Shown here one piece after another: positions 17,682-27,047 of a DNA stretch of 64,000 nucleotides. Origin of the DNA: Clostridia bacterium (GTDB lineage Bacteria; Bacillota; Clostridia; Peptostreptococcales; Anaerovoracaceae); contig JAILLO010000046.1 in assembly GCA_024693105.1 (NCBI GenBank), positions 479 through 64,478 of the forward strand, written 5' to 3'. The first letter of the stretch is position 1. Every line of letters begins with the position of its first letter. The notes beneath the pieces were generated by a model. It worked only from the letters and a program-made list of their open reading frames with translations, did no database searches and was not told the DNA's origin. The translations under genes were made by a program, and so were the position numbers.

Positions 17682-19157
17682 TTATTTTAAATCGGTTTTG
17701 ATTCCCAGGCCGGCAAAAGCCGAAAGAAATTCCTTCACCCAGCTTTCAAAATTCTCGTTTGTCTCATATGCCTTTGCGACAACACTTCTGTCCGACCCTG
17801 CCGAAGCGCTTCTGATGCTCTCCGCATCGGCACGGGCTTTGTTGATAAGCGAAGCATCAAGAATTTTTCTTGCCGCACTTCCTTCTTCAAAAGGCTTGCT
17901 TACAAAATAGTCATACGAACCAAGCATACGAAGCCCCACATCAACAGCTTTGACTTCTGCTTCACTTGCAGGATCTTCCATAGCTTTCCTCTGCTGATTT
18001 GCCACTCTTTTGAGGAAGTCCTCGTCTGAAGCTTCCTTTGTAACAGGCATATAACCTGAATATGCCGTGAATTTTATGTTCTGCTCAGGTGAAGTAAACC
18101 ACTTTATAAATGCAATAGAAGCCAGCTGCTGCTTCCTGCTTTTTCCCTGCTTTGAAACGGCAAGCCCTGCACCCTGCTGCACCGCAAGATTTGATTTGCC
18201 TTCAAAATTAGGAACAGGAAGAACTTCGGCCTTTATTTTTACCAATGTGCCGTCGGAATTTGTAACACTTTCCGGGAAATAACTTGCAGCGGATGATGAA
18301 CCCACAAAAGCGATAATATCACCCGTCATCAAATCATCACTTCTGAATTTTCCGTACTGACCATACCAGCCTTCGACCATCGGTACATAAAAACAATCCC
18401 ATAGTTTTCTGAGAGCGGCTTTATCCGCATGAATCTCCGGAACACCGTTATTCACTTCGAAAAAATCACCGCACAGCTGACTGTAACCAACCAGCAGATA
18501 ATTTGAATGTGAATCCCTTCCGAAAAACGACTTCCCATCGCCCGGCTGAGACGTCTTTGAGTCTGTCCATTCGTAATACCGCTTTGCGGTTTCAACAATA
18601 CCTTCCCACGTATCGAGCTTTTTAATGTCGGCACCTGTGGCCTGTGAAAACTCATCCCATGCCGTCTTGTTTATGAAAAGTTCTTCCGTTGATTTTGCGA
18701 CCGGAATAAGCATCAACTCATCACTGCCGTTGAAAAATCCTTCCTTCAGATATGCCGGAACAAATTCATCAAGCTCCGAACTGCTGAAAAAGTCACGATA
18801 ATTTACAATAACATCATCTTTGTACAGCTTATATGCAGCTTCAGGATATGCTGCAAAGATTTCCGGAAGATCTTCGGCTCCCGGATTAGCTGAAGCAGCT
18901 GCAAATACCTTTTCGGAAAGCTCTGAAATTGTTCCCTTGCACTTTGCTTCAACAATAATGCCCTTTTTTGCGCCTTCTGTTGCATTAAAATCATTTACCA
19001 GCTGATTGAAGTACAGCTGCTGAGCCCCGCTGTAATAATGCCATATTGTAATCTTGACAGGGTCCGCCTTGCTCAGGCTTTCTTCCGAACATCCGCAAAA
19101 CAACAACATGCAAAAAACAAGCACAAAAAATAATGCTCCCAATCCTTTTCTTTTCAT
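17682..19157 (-). CDS. Extracellular solute-binding lipoprotein (ABC-type SBP fold), with no adjacent permease or ATPase genes
   Basis: Lipobox LLFCGC-S. Length and composition are typical of family-1 SBPs. Confidence 0.75.
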   Translation of the reverse strand: MKRKGLGALFFVLVFCMLLFCGCSEESLSKADPVKITIWHYYSGAQQLYFNQLVNDFNATEGAKKGIIVEAKCKGTISELSEKVFAAASANPGAEDLPEIFAAYPEAAYKLYKDDVIVNYRDFFSSSELDEFVPAYLKEGFFNGSDELMLIPVAKSTEELFINKTAWDEFSQATGADIKKLDTWEGIVETAKRYYEWTDSKTSQPGDGKSFFGRDSHSNYLLVGYSQLCGDFFEVNNGVPEIHADKAALRKLWDCFYVPMVEGWYGQYGKFRSDDLMTGDIIAFVGSSSAASYFPESVTNSDGTLVKIKAEVLPVPNFEGKSNLAVQQGAGLAVSKQGKSRKQQLASIAFIKWFTSPEQNIKFTAYSGYMPVTKEASDEDFLKRVANQQRKAMEDPASEAEVKAVDVGLRMLGSYDYFVSKPFEEGSAARKILDASLINKARADAESIRSASAGSDRSVVAKAYETNENFESWVKEFLSAFAGLGIKTDLK

Positions 19158-19241
19158 TTAATAATACCCCTTAATGTCTACTCATTTATAAACATACTTG
19201 TTTAATTTTATCATAATTACATAGCTATTTCAATATTGCTC

Positions 19242-19333
19242 TTTCCCTGCCGCCGCCCATTCCGTTTCCCTTCAGCCGCCCATTCCGTTTCCCTTCAGCC
19301 GCCCATTTTGTTTCCCTGCCGCCGCCCATTTCA
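19242..19333. repeat. Tandem repeat, 4 x 23 bp
   Basis: TTTCCCTGCCGCCGCCCATTCCG / TTTCCCTTCAGCCGCCCATTCCG / ...TTTG / ...TTCA, contiguous units. Confidence 0.9.
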
Positions 19334-19388
19334 AAGAGCTTCAGCCTTTTCGTCCTGAGTTCTCCCTTCCGGAGCGCAGCCGCAAAAC

Positions 19389-19429
19389 GAAAAAACCTTT
19401 CACGACGGCTTTTCACCACGTGAAAGGTT
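19389..19429 (-). terminator. Rho-independent terminator after the small ORF
   Basis: AACCTTTCACG-N14-CGTGAAAGGTT followed by T6 on the minus strand. Confidence 0.75.
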
Positions 19430-19520
19430 AACGGATTTACTATCTTCTAAATAACATCGAGTTGCTCATCCCCCGACCGGCAGCTCTTTCAGCTTTTATC
19501 CCCCGATTCAAGCTGTGTTA

Positions 19521-19712
19521 TCAGGATACCAGCATAAGTCCCTTGTTGTATTCGTCCATGACTGCCTCTGCATCCAATGCCTCATCATTCTCTCTGATGT
19601 AAAGAATGATATCCTTTGCAAGTTGTTCTTCTGTTTTTCCTTCCGCTTTTCCCTGTGCAATAAAAGCTGCTTTGATTTCAGCATACAGCATCAATAATGT
19701 TCTTGTCATCAT
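19521..19712 (-). CDS. Small hypothetical protein (63 aa, helical and acidic)
   Basis: Strong SD (AAAGGAGGT) 7 nt before ATGATG at 19712. It has its own terminator. Confidence 0.55.
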   Translation of the reverse strand: MMTRTLLMLYAEIKAAFIAQGKAEGKTEEQLAKDIILYIRENDEALDAEAVMDEYNKGLMLVS

Positions 19713-19934
19713 TTTCTTTACCTCCTTTTCCAAATTGTTTACCCTTTTGAAATATAACATCCTTTCACGGATTTCCTTTGGCGACATGTCTGCCCGCTCC
19801 CTGAAACCCTCTTCTTTGGATTTTTCTAATTATAGCACAGGTAAAGCGAAAGTTTTTTTAGATTTTATTAAAGAAAATTGCAGTTCGATGCCAAAAAATC
19901 GGTTTTTTTCTCCAATTTTCCCAAATTTTATGGC

Positions 19935-19981
19935 AAAAAGAGACGAAATCCGCGGCTTCGATTTTCGAATCCGCGGATTTC
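19935..19981 (-). terminator. Rho-independent terminator after nfnB
   Basis: GAAATCCGCGG-N15-CCGCGGATTTC followed by a T-rich tail on the minus strand. Confidence 0.7.
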
Positions 19982-20009
19982 ATTAAGACAAATAATCTAA
20001 TTGTTTTTA

Positions 20010-21395
20010 TTATTTGCTGAGATATTCATGCATGCTTGCAGCGGCAGTCTTGCCTGCTCCCATTGCCAGAATAACTGTAGCAGCTCCTGTTACAGCATCT
20101 CCGCCTGCAAATACGCCGGCACGGTTTGTTGCACCGTGTTCATCAGTGCCGATTCCGCCCTTCTTGTTTGCTTCGAGATTTTCTGTAGTATCCAGGATCA
20201 GCTTGTTCAGCTTTGTACCGATGGACATGATAACCGCATCAACAGGAAGAACGAATTCTGAACCCTTGATTTCAACAGGTTTTCTTCTTCCGGAAGCATC
20301 AGCTTCACCAAGTTCCATCTTGATACACTTGATACCTGTTACACGAGCATTTTCGTCTCCTTCAATGGCGATAGGATTGTTGAGCAGCATGAACTCAATA
20401 CCTTCTTCCATTGCGTGATGGATTTCTTCTCTACGAGCAGGGATTTCTTCCATGGAACGACGATAAATGATGTAAACATTTTCTGCTCCCATACGCTTAG
20501 CACAACGAGCAGCGTCCATAGCAACGTTTCCGCCGCCCACTACTGCTATGTTCTTTGCATATCCTACAGGAGTATCATATTCGTCCTTGTAAGCCTTCAT
20601 GAGGTTAATTCTTGTAAGGTATTCGTTTGCGGAATATACGCCAAGCAGATTTTCGCCAGGGATATTCATGAATGAAGGAAGTCCTGCACCTGTTCCTACG
20701 AATACAGCTTCATAACCTTCCTTGAGAAGTTCGTCTGTAGTGATGGAACGTCCAACAACTACGTTTGTGATGAACTTAACGCCCTTAGCCTTGAGCTTGG
20801 AAACTTCTGCAGCAACGATATCCTTTGGAAGTCTGAATTCAGGAATACCATAAGCAAGTACTCCGCCTTCCTTGTGAAGACTTTCAAATACAGTTACATC
20901 GTATCCGAGACCGATCAGGTCGCCTGCGCATGCAAGACCTGCAGGGCCTGAACCAACAACTGCAACTTTGTGTCCGTTTGGAGCAACGTCAACAGTTTCT
21001 TCTTCAGTGCTGTGAGCTCTGTGATAGTCAGCAACGAATCTTTCGAGTCTTCCGATACCTACAGATTCACCCTTCTTTGCGTGAACGCACTTGCCTTCAC
21101 ACTGATTTTCCTGAGGGCAAACTCTTCCGCAGATAGCAGGCAGTGAGCTTGTTTCACTGATAATCTGGTAAGCTTCTTCGAATTTTCCTTCTGCAACCTT
21201 TGCAATAAAGTCAGGAATCTTTACCATAACAGGGCATCCTGTTGTGCATGGCTTTTTGCGGCACTGCAGGCAACGCATTGCTTCGTTTATAGCCATCTCC
21301 TCAGTGTATCCTGTACAAACTTCCTTGAAGTTCTTGTTACGTACGTCCGGTGCCTGTTCCGGCATAGGATTCTTTTTTCTGATCAGATTAATCAT
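20010..21395 (-). CDS. nfnB: NADH-dependent reduced ferredoxin:NADP+ oxidoreductase subunit B (GltD-like)
   Basis: N-terminal 2x[4Fe-4S] Cys motifs plus FAD/NAD(P) Rossmann motifs (VAVVGSGPAGLACA, VVGGGNVAMD). It overlaps nfnA by 8 nt. Confidence 0.85.
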   Translation of the reverse strand: MINLIRKKNPMPEQAPDVRNKNFKEVCTGYTEEMAINEAMRCLQCRKKPCTTGCPVMVKIPDFIAKVAEGKFEEAYQIISETSSLPAICGRVCPQENQCEGKCVHAKKGESVGIGRLERFVADYHRAHSTEEETVDVAPNGHKVAVVGSGPAGLACAGDLIGLGYDVTVFESLHKEGGVLAYGIPEFRLPKDIVAAEVSKLKAKGVKFITNVVVGRSITTDELLKEGYEAVFVGTGAGLPSFMNIPGENLLGVYSANEYLTRINLMKAYKDEYDTPVGYAKNIAVVGGGNVAMDAARCAKRMGAENVYIIYRRSMEEIPARREEIHHAMEEGIEFMLLNNPIAIEGDENARVTGIKCIKMELGEADASGRRKPVEIKGSEFVLPVDAVIMSIGTKLNKLILDTTENLEANKKGGIGTDEHGATNRAGVFAGGDAVTGAATVILAMGAGKTAAASMHEYLSK

Positions 21396-22242
21396 TGTAA
21401 CGTACACCTCCTGTCAGGCGGCAAACGTGAGCCGCGTCATGAGCTTCCTGTTCTTTGTAGAAGCCATTTCTCTTAATGATTTCATCCCAGTCAACAAGCT
21501 GTCCGTCGAATTCAGGTCCATCAACGCATACGAACTTGTTTTCACCGCCGACGATTACACGGCAACCACCGCACATTCCTGTTCCGTCAACCATGTAAGC
21601 TGTGAGGGAAACAACTGTAGGAATGTCATATTTCTTTGTAATCTGGCAGCAGAACTTCATCATGATTGGAGGTCCTACAACGATGATTTCATCATAGTAG
21701 TCCTTGCCGTTCTTTTCAATAAGTTCTTCCATCTTTACTGTAGTGAACATTTTTTCACCGTAAGAACCATCGTCTGTCAGCATGTAAACGTTCTTTGAGA
21801 TAGCTTTGAACTCATCTTCCAAAATAACGAGGTCCTTGTTTTTGAAGCCGGCAACCATGTCAACTTCAATGCCGTTTGCGTGAAGTCCCTTAACAAGACC
21901 GTAAGCCAGGGCATTACCTGTACCACCGCCGACAACGCAGACTCTCTTGAGGCCTTCCATATGGGTCGGCTTTCCGAGAGGTCCTACAACGTCAACAAGG
22001 GAATCCCCTTCTTCAAGCTGGTTCAGCAGCATTGTAGTTCTTCCGATAGCCTGGAAGATAATTGTAACAGTGCCCGCTTCTCTGTTGTAGCCTGCCATTG
22101 TAAGAGGAATTCTTTCACCGTATTCATCAGTACGAAGAATGATGAACTGACCCGGCTTTGCACTTCTTGCAACATAAGGTGCTTCGATTTCCATCCAGGT
22201 CATGTCTTTGTTTAATGCACGTTTATTTACAATCTTATACAT
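21388..22242 (-). CDS. nfnA: NfnA (PyrK-like FAD/[2Fe-2S] subunit)
   Basis: Close recalled similarity to Thermotoga NfnA (ERIPLT, GPLGKP, DGTGMCGGCRV, CVDGPEFD). Confidence 0.85.
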   Translation of the reverse strand: MYKIVNKRALNKDMTWMEIEAPYVARSAKPGQFIILRTDEYGERIPLTMAGYNREAGTVTIIFQAIGRTTMLLNQLEEGDSLVDVVGPLGKPTHMEGLKRVCVVGGGTGNALAYGLVKGLHANGIEVDMVAGFKNKDLVILEDEFKAISKNVYMLTDDGSYGEKMFTTVKMEELIEKNGKDYYDEIIVVGPPIMMKFCCQITKKYDIPTVVSLTAYMVDGTGMCGGCRVIVGGENKFVCVDGPEFDGQLVDWDEIIKRNGFYKEQEAHDAAHVCRLTGGVRYND

Positions 22243-22243
22243 G

Positions 22244-25200
22244 TTACTGTTCGCTCCTTTCCTTCTTAGGTTCCAGACTTGCCTGCTGGTGTACTAAAGC
22301 TTCATATCTGTCAGTAGCAAATGTTTCAGCTCTGTCAAACAGCTCCTTAGCTCTTTCAGGGAACTTAAGTGTCAATGAATTGTAACGAACTTCGCCCATG
22401 ATGAAGTCATTGTAATCTTCAGTTGGAGCTGCGCTGTCAACAGTAAGAGGATTCTTACCTTCCTTAACTGCGTCAGGATTGTATCTGAAGAGGTTCCAGT
22501 AACCTGAACGTACTGCCTTCTTCATTTCGAGCATTGCCTTGTTCATGCCGGCCTTAACTCCGTGGTTGATACAAGGTGCATATGCGATAATGAGGGAAGG
22601 TCCATCATAAGCTTCTGCTTCACGGATTGCAGCCAGAGTCTGTTCAGGGTTTGCACCCATTGCAACCTGTGCTACATAAACGTATCCGTAAGTAATTGCA
22701 ATCTGAGCCAGGTTCTTCTTTGTAACGGCCTTGCCGGCAGCTGCAAACTGTGCTACAGCACCAACAGGTGTTGACTTGGAAGCCTGTCCGCCTGTATTGG
22801 AGTAAACTTCTGTATCGAATACCAGGATGTTTACATTTTCGCCGGAAGCGATAACGTGGTCTAATCCACCGTAACCGATGTCATATGCCCATCCGTCACC
22901 ACCGAAGATCCACATGGATGGCTTTGGTAACATATCCTTGTTGTCGATAACATATTTTGCATCTTCATCCTTGCTTCCTTCACAAGCTGCAACGAGAGCC
23001 TTTGTAGCTGCTTCTGCACCTTCAACATCATTCATGTTGTCGAGCCAAGCCTTTGCTGCGTCTGCATACTTGGAATTCTTTGCAAGTCTTTCAACTACAT
23101 GCTGCATTGATTCACGACGAGCCTTAACGCATGCGTGCATACCGAATCCAAATTCAGCATTGTCTTCAAAGAGGGAGTTAGCCCATGCAGGACCTCTTCC
23201 GTCCTTGTTTACTGTGTAAGGTGTGCTTGGTGCACTGCATCCCCAAATTGACGAGCAGCCTGTAGCATTTGCATGATACATTCTGTGTCCGAAGAGCTGT
23301 GTAACCATCTTTGCATATGGGGATTCTCCGCATCCAGGGCAAGCTCCCGAGAATTCGAGAAGCGGCTTCTTGAACTGTGAACCCTTAACTGTGTTTTCCT
23401 TGAACGGAATAGGCTTTTCATCAACGTTTGCAACGCAGTAATCAAATACCTTCTGTTCTTCTTCAGTAACTTCAGGAGCAGGAACCATATCCAGAGCCTT
23501 AATTCTTGCAGGGCAAACATTTACGCAGGAACCGCAGCCTGTGCAGTCGAGTGCGGAAATAGCGATTCCGAAGCGGTAATCAGGTGCACCCTTCATCTTC
23601 AGAGTTGCTCCGCCGCAAGCTTCAGCTTCTTCATCTGTCATAACAAACGGTCTGATAGCTCCGTGTGGGCAAACAGCCGAACACCAGTTACACTGCATAC
23701 ACTTTGTGGAATCCCACTTTGGAACATCTGAAGCGATTCCGCGCTTTTCGAATGAAGAAGTTCCCGATGGAATGATTCCGTCTACAGTTTCGAGATACTT
23801 GGAAACAGGAATTTCGTCTCCTCTCATTCCGTTTGTAGGAATAAGGATATCCTTTACGTATCTTTCTGTTTCTTCGTCTCTTGCATTGATCTTTGTTTCT
23901 ACTGCTTCATCAACAGCATTCTTCCATGCAGCAGGTACATCAACCTTAACTACGTTCTTAACGCCGGCATCAATTGCCTGGAGGTTCATGTTTACGATCT
24001 TTTCACCCTTTGCGCCGTAAGTCTTCTTAATAGCGTCCTTCATGTATTCAACGGCCTTGTCAATAGGAATGATGTCAGCCAGTTTGAAGAATGCTGCCTG
24101 AAGTACGGAGTTGGTTCTTCCGCCGAGTCCCAGATCCTTTGCAATGTGAACTGCGTCGCATGTGTAGAACTGGATGTTGTTTTCAGCAATATATTTCTTT
24201 ACTGCTGCAGGCAGGTTTTTGTCTAATTCGTCGCCTGTCCAGTCACAGTTCAGAAGGAAGAATCCGCCCGGCTTAACGTCCTGAACGATATCATACTTCT
24301 TCATGTATGCTGAATTGTGGCAAGCTACGAAATCAGCCTGCTTAACATAGTATGTTGACTTAATAAGTGAATCTCCGAAACGCAGGTGGGAAATTGTAAT
24401 ACCACCGGATTTCTTGGAGTCATACTGGAAGTAAGCCTGTACTTTCTTGTCAGTATGGTCACCGATAATCTTGACACTGTTCTTGTTTGCACCGACAGTA
24501 CCGTCAGCACCAAGACCCCAGAACTTACAGGATTTTGTGCCTGCGATTGTTGTGTCAGGATATTCGCTCGGAGTAAGTGAAAGGTGTGTAACGTCGTCGT
24601 TGATGGAAATTGTGAATTCCTTCTTTGGTTCTGCTGCCCAGAGGTTTTCATATACAGCGAGGATGTCTCCAGGCTGAGTATCCTTGGAAGCAAGACCGTA
24701 ACGTCCGCCTACTACCATAACGTTTTCAAATTCAGTTCCCTTAAGACCTGCAACTACATCCAGGAATAAAGGTTCTCCGATTGAACCCGGTTCCTTTGTT
24801 CTGTCAAGAACAGCAATTCTCTTAACTGTCTTTGGCAGTTCGGAAATCATGTATTTAGGAGCAAACGGTCTGTAAAGACGAACTTTGAGGAGACCAACCT
24901 TCTTGCCCTTCTTTGTCAGATAATCAACAACTTCTTCTGCTGCATCACAAACCGAACCCATTGCTACGATAACTTCTGTAGCGTCTGCTGCTCCGTAATA
25001 ATTGAAGAGCTTGTAATCTGTTCCCAGTTCCTTGTTGACCATGTTCATGTACTTTTCAACAAGTGCAGGAGTGTCATTGTATGCAGTGTTACAAGCTTCT
25101 CTGTGCTGGAAGTAAACTTCCGGCTGTTCTGCCGAACCTACATGATGCGGATGGTTAGGGTTGTTTGCGTGCTTTCTGAATCTTGAAACAGCATCCCAGT

Positions 25201-25783
25201 CAACCATCTTCTTAAGTACATCATAGTCCCAGATTTCAATCTTCTGCTGTTCGTGGCTTGTTCTGAAACCATCGAAGAAGTGAAGCATAGGAACCTTGCC
25301 TGCGATTGTTGCAAGGTGAGCAACAGCACCCAGGTCCATAACTTCCTGAGGGTTGTTTGAGCACATCATTGCAAAACCTGTCTGACGGCATCCCATAACG
25401 TCGGAGTGATCTCCGAAAATTGACAGTGCGTGAGCAGAGATACATCTTGCAGCTACATGCAGAACTGCAGGAACCTGTTCACCGGCCATCTTGTACATGT
25501 TTGGAATCATCAGGAGCAGACCCTGTGAAGCTGTAAATGTGCTTGTATATGCACCCGCAGTAACAGCGCCGTGTACAGCACCTGCTGCACCGCCTTCTGA
25601 CTGCATTTCGATAACCTTAACCTGTTCTCCGAATATATTTTCTCTTCCTTCGGAAGCCCATTCATCAATATTTTCTGCCATTACTGAGGAAGGGGTGATA
25701 GGGTAAATAGCAGCTACTTCAGAAAATGCATATGCAACATGTGCAGCAGCTGTATTTCCGTCCATTGTCTTAAACTTTCTCAT
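22244..25783 (-). CDS. nifJ: Pyruvate:ferredoxin (flavodoxin) oxidoreductase, single-chain PFOR
   Basis: 1179 aa. N-terminus MDGNTAAAHVAYAFSEVAAIYPITPSS, internal 2x[4Fe-4S] ferredoxin domain, TPP-binding GGDGW. Confidence 0.95.
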   Translation of the reverse strand: MRKFKTMDGNTAAAHVAYAFSEVAAIYPITPSSVMAENIDEWASEGRENIFGEQVKVIEMQSEGGAAGAVHGAVTAGAYTSTFTASQGLLLMIPNMYKMAGEQVPAVLHVAARCISAHALSIFGDHSDVMGCRQTGFAMMCSNNPQEVMDLGAVAHLATIAGKVPMLHFFDGFRTSHEQQKIEIWDYDVLKKMVDWDAVSRFRKHANNPNHPHHVGSAEQPEVYFQHREACNTAYNDTPALVEKYMNMVNKELGTDYKLFNYYGAADATEVIVAMGSVCDAAEEVVDYLTKKGKKVGLLKVRLYRPFAPKYMISELPKTVKRIAVLDRTKEPGSIGEPLFLDVVAGLKGTEFENVMVVGGRYGLASKDTQPGDILAVYENLWAAEPKKEFTISINDDVTHLSLTPSEYPDTTIAGTKSCKFWGLGADGTVGANKNSVKIIGDHTDKKVQAYFQYDSKKSGGITISHLRFGDSLIKSTYYVKQADFVACHNSAYMKKYDIVQDVKPGGFFLLNCDWTGDELDKNLPAAVKKYIAENNIQFYTCDAVHIAKDLGLGGRTNSVLQAAFFKLADIIPIDKAVEYMKDAIKKTYGAKGEKIVNMNLQAIDAGVKNVVKVDVPAAWKNAVDEAVETKINARDEETERYVKDILIPTNGMRGDEIPVSKYLETVDGIIPSGTSSFEKRGIASDVPKWDSTKCMQCNWCSAVCPHGAIRPFVMTDEEAEACGGATLKMKGAPDYRFGIAISALDCTGCGSCVNVCPARIKALDMVPAPEVTEEEQKVFDYCVANVDEKPIPFKENTVKGSQFKKPLLEFSGACPGCGESPYAKMVTQLFGHRMYHANATGCSSIWGCSAPSTPYTVNKDGRGPAWANSLFEDNAEFGFGMHACVKARRESMQHVVERLAKNSKYADAAKAWLDNMNDVEGAEAATKALVAACEGSKDEDAKYVIDNKDMLPKPSMWIFGGDGWAYDIGYGGLDHVIASGENVNILVFDTEVYSNTGGQASKSTPVGAVAQFAAAGKAVTKKNLAQIAITYGYVYVAQVAMGANPEQTLAAIREAEAYDGPSLIIAYAPCINHGVKAGMNKAMLEMKKAVRSGYWNLFRYNPDAVKEGKNPLTVDSAAPTEDYNDFIMGEVRYNSLTLKFPERAKELFDRAETFATDRYEALVHQQASLEPKKERSEQ

Positions 25784-25802
25784 ATCATGTCACTTCCTTT
25801 CA

Positions 25803-27047
25803 TTAAATATTCAGTGCTATTCTCTGGAGGTAATTTTCTTCAGGAACTACCTGCTCTGAAAGCACTTCTCTAGTGCACACGTATGAGCAAATGTTGCAGT
25901 TTTCGCAAAGATCTTCGTCAACTACAGCATGACCTCTTTCAACTTTAATTGCTCCGTTAGGGCAGTTGCGTTCACAGTCTCCGCAACCGATACATCCTGT
26001 CAGGCATACTTCTGCTCTGGCTGCAGGAGTCAGAGTGGAAGAACATGCAACATGCTTAGCTCCCTTGTAAAGAACTTCCTGAATTACGTTGTTTGGACAT
26101 GCATGTACGCAGTCGAGACATCCGACGCATTTGTCAGGGTCAACCTTGGCACATCCGTCTACTACCTTGATTGCATCATAACGACAGACTTTTTCGCAGC
26201 TTCCGAATCCGCAGCATCCTTCTGTACAGATACCAAGATCCTTTGTTCTTGCCTTTGCAGCTTCTTCACAAGTTGTAATGCCCATGCTTTCAAGCTTGTG
26301 ATGTGTTCTCTGACCACCGTTGCAGGCTACAAACGCTACATGATCCTTAACCTTTGTCAGGTCATGGAGTGTGTCGATAATAATCTTCTTTTCGCACTTA
26401 ACTGTGCAGGCAACGCATCCAACGCACTTGTCATAATCAATAACAGCCACGTTGTTAACTACCTTAACTGCTTCCTGAGGACATGCCTTTTCGCATTCGC
26501 CGCAGCCGATACATCCGCTTCCGCAGATTGCTCTTGTTGTATCTTCGTCTTCCTGATTTGCACAAGGGATGAAGTTTGTAGCTTCTCTAGGAACCATTGT
26601 GATAATCTTCTGTACGCATGCGCCTACACATGCCATACATCCGTTACACTTTTCCTTGTCGATCTTAACCACACCGTCTTCAAGCTTCATGGCATCAAAC
26701 TTACACATTGTTACGCAAGTTCCGCCGCCGATACATCCATAACGACATGTTCCCTCTTCAAAACCCTGCTTAACGACGTCATCGCATTTCATTCCTTCCG
26801 GAACTTCCTTCTTGGCTGCTTTTCCGTTACATCTAACGAATGCTACGTTATCTGCTACGGCAACAGTTTCAACGCCCATCAGTTCAGCAATTTTGTCTAC
26901 ATCCTTCTGGAATAAAGCAGGACATAGTGCGATGGATTCTCCGTCTGCTATCGCTTGTGCACATTCCTGGCAAGTTGCATATCCGCAGCCTCCGCAATCT
27001 ACACCCGGCAGAATCTTGACAATCCCTTGAATCTTACCGTCAACCAT
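25803..27047 (-). CDS. Polyferredoxin with an RnfB-type N-terminal Fe-S domain and about 8 [4Fe-4S] motifs
   Basis: N-terminal CGGCGYATCQEC, then repeated CxxCxxCxxxC(P) motifs. It ends 19 nt upstream of PFOR. Confidence 0.8.
   Translation of the reverse strand: MVDGKIQGIVKILPGVDCGGCGYATCQECAQAIADGESIALCPALFQKDVDKIAELMGVETVAVADNVAFVRCNGKAAKKEVPEGMKCDDVVKQGFEEGTCRYGCIGGGTCVTMCKFDAMKLEDGVVKIDKEKCNGCMACVGACVQKIITMVPREATNFIPCANQEDEDTTRAICGSGCIGCGECEKACPQEAVKVVNNVAVIDYDKCVGCVACTVKCEKKIIIDTLHDLTKVKDHVAFVACNGGQRTHHKLESMGITTCEEAAKARTKDLGICTEGCCGFGSCEKVCRYDAIKVVDGCAKVDPDKCVGCLDCVHACPNNVIQEVLYKGAKHVACSSTLTPAARAEVCLTGCIGCGDCERNCPNGAIKVERGHAVVDEDLCENCNICSYVCTREVLSEQVVPEENYLQRIALNI

Noticed and set aside
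19225-19419. A 64-aa minus-strand ORF across the 4 x 23-bp repeat.
   Set aside because: It is a translated repeat (GGGRE.. motifs) that spans a terminator hairpin and has no SD.
25929-26915. A 328-aa plus-strand ORF antisense to the polyferredoxin gene.
   Set aside because: It is the mirror frame of a Cys/Gly/Ala-rich gene, has no SD and encodes a low-complexity product. The sense gene carries unmistakable Fe-S motifs.
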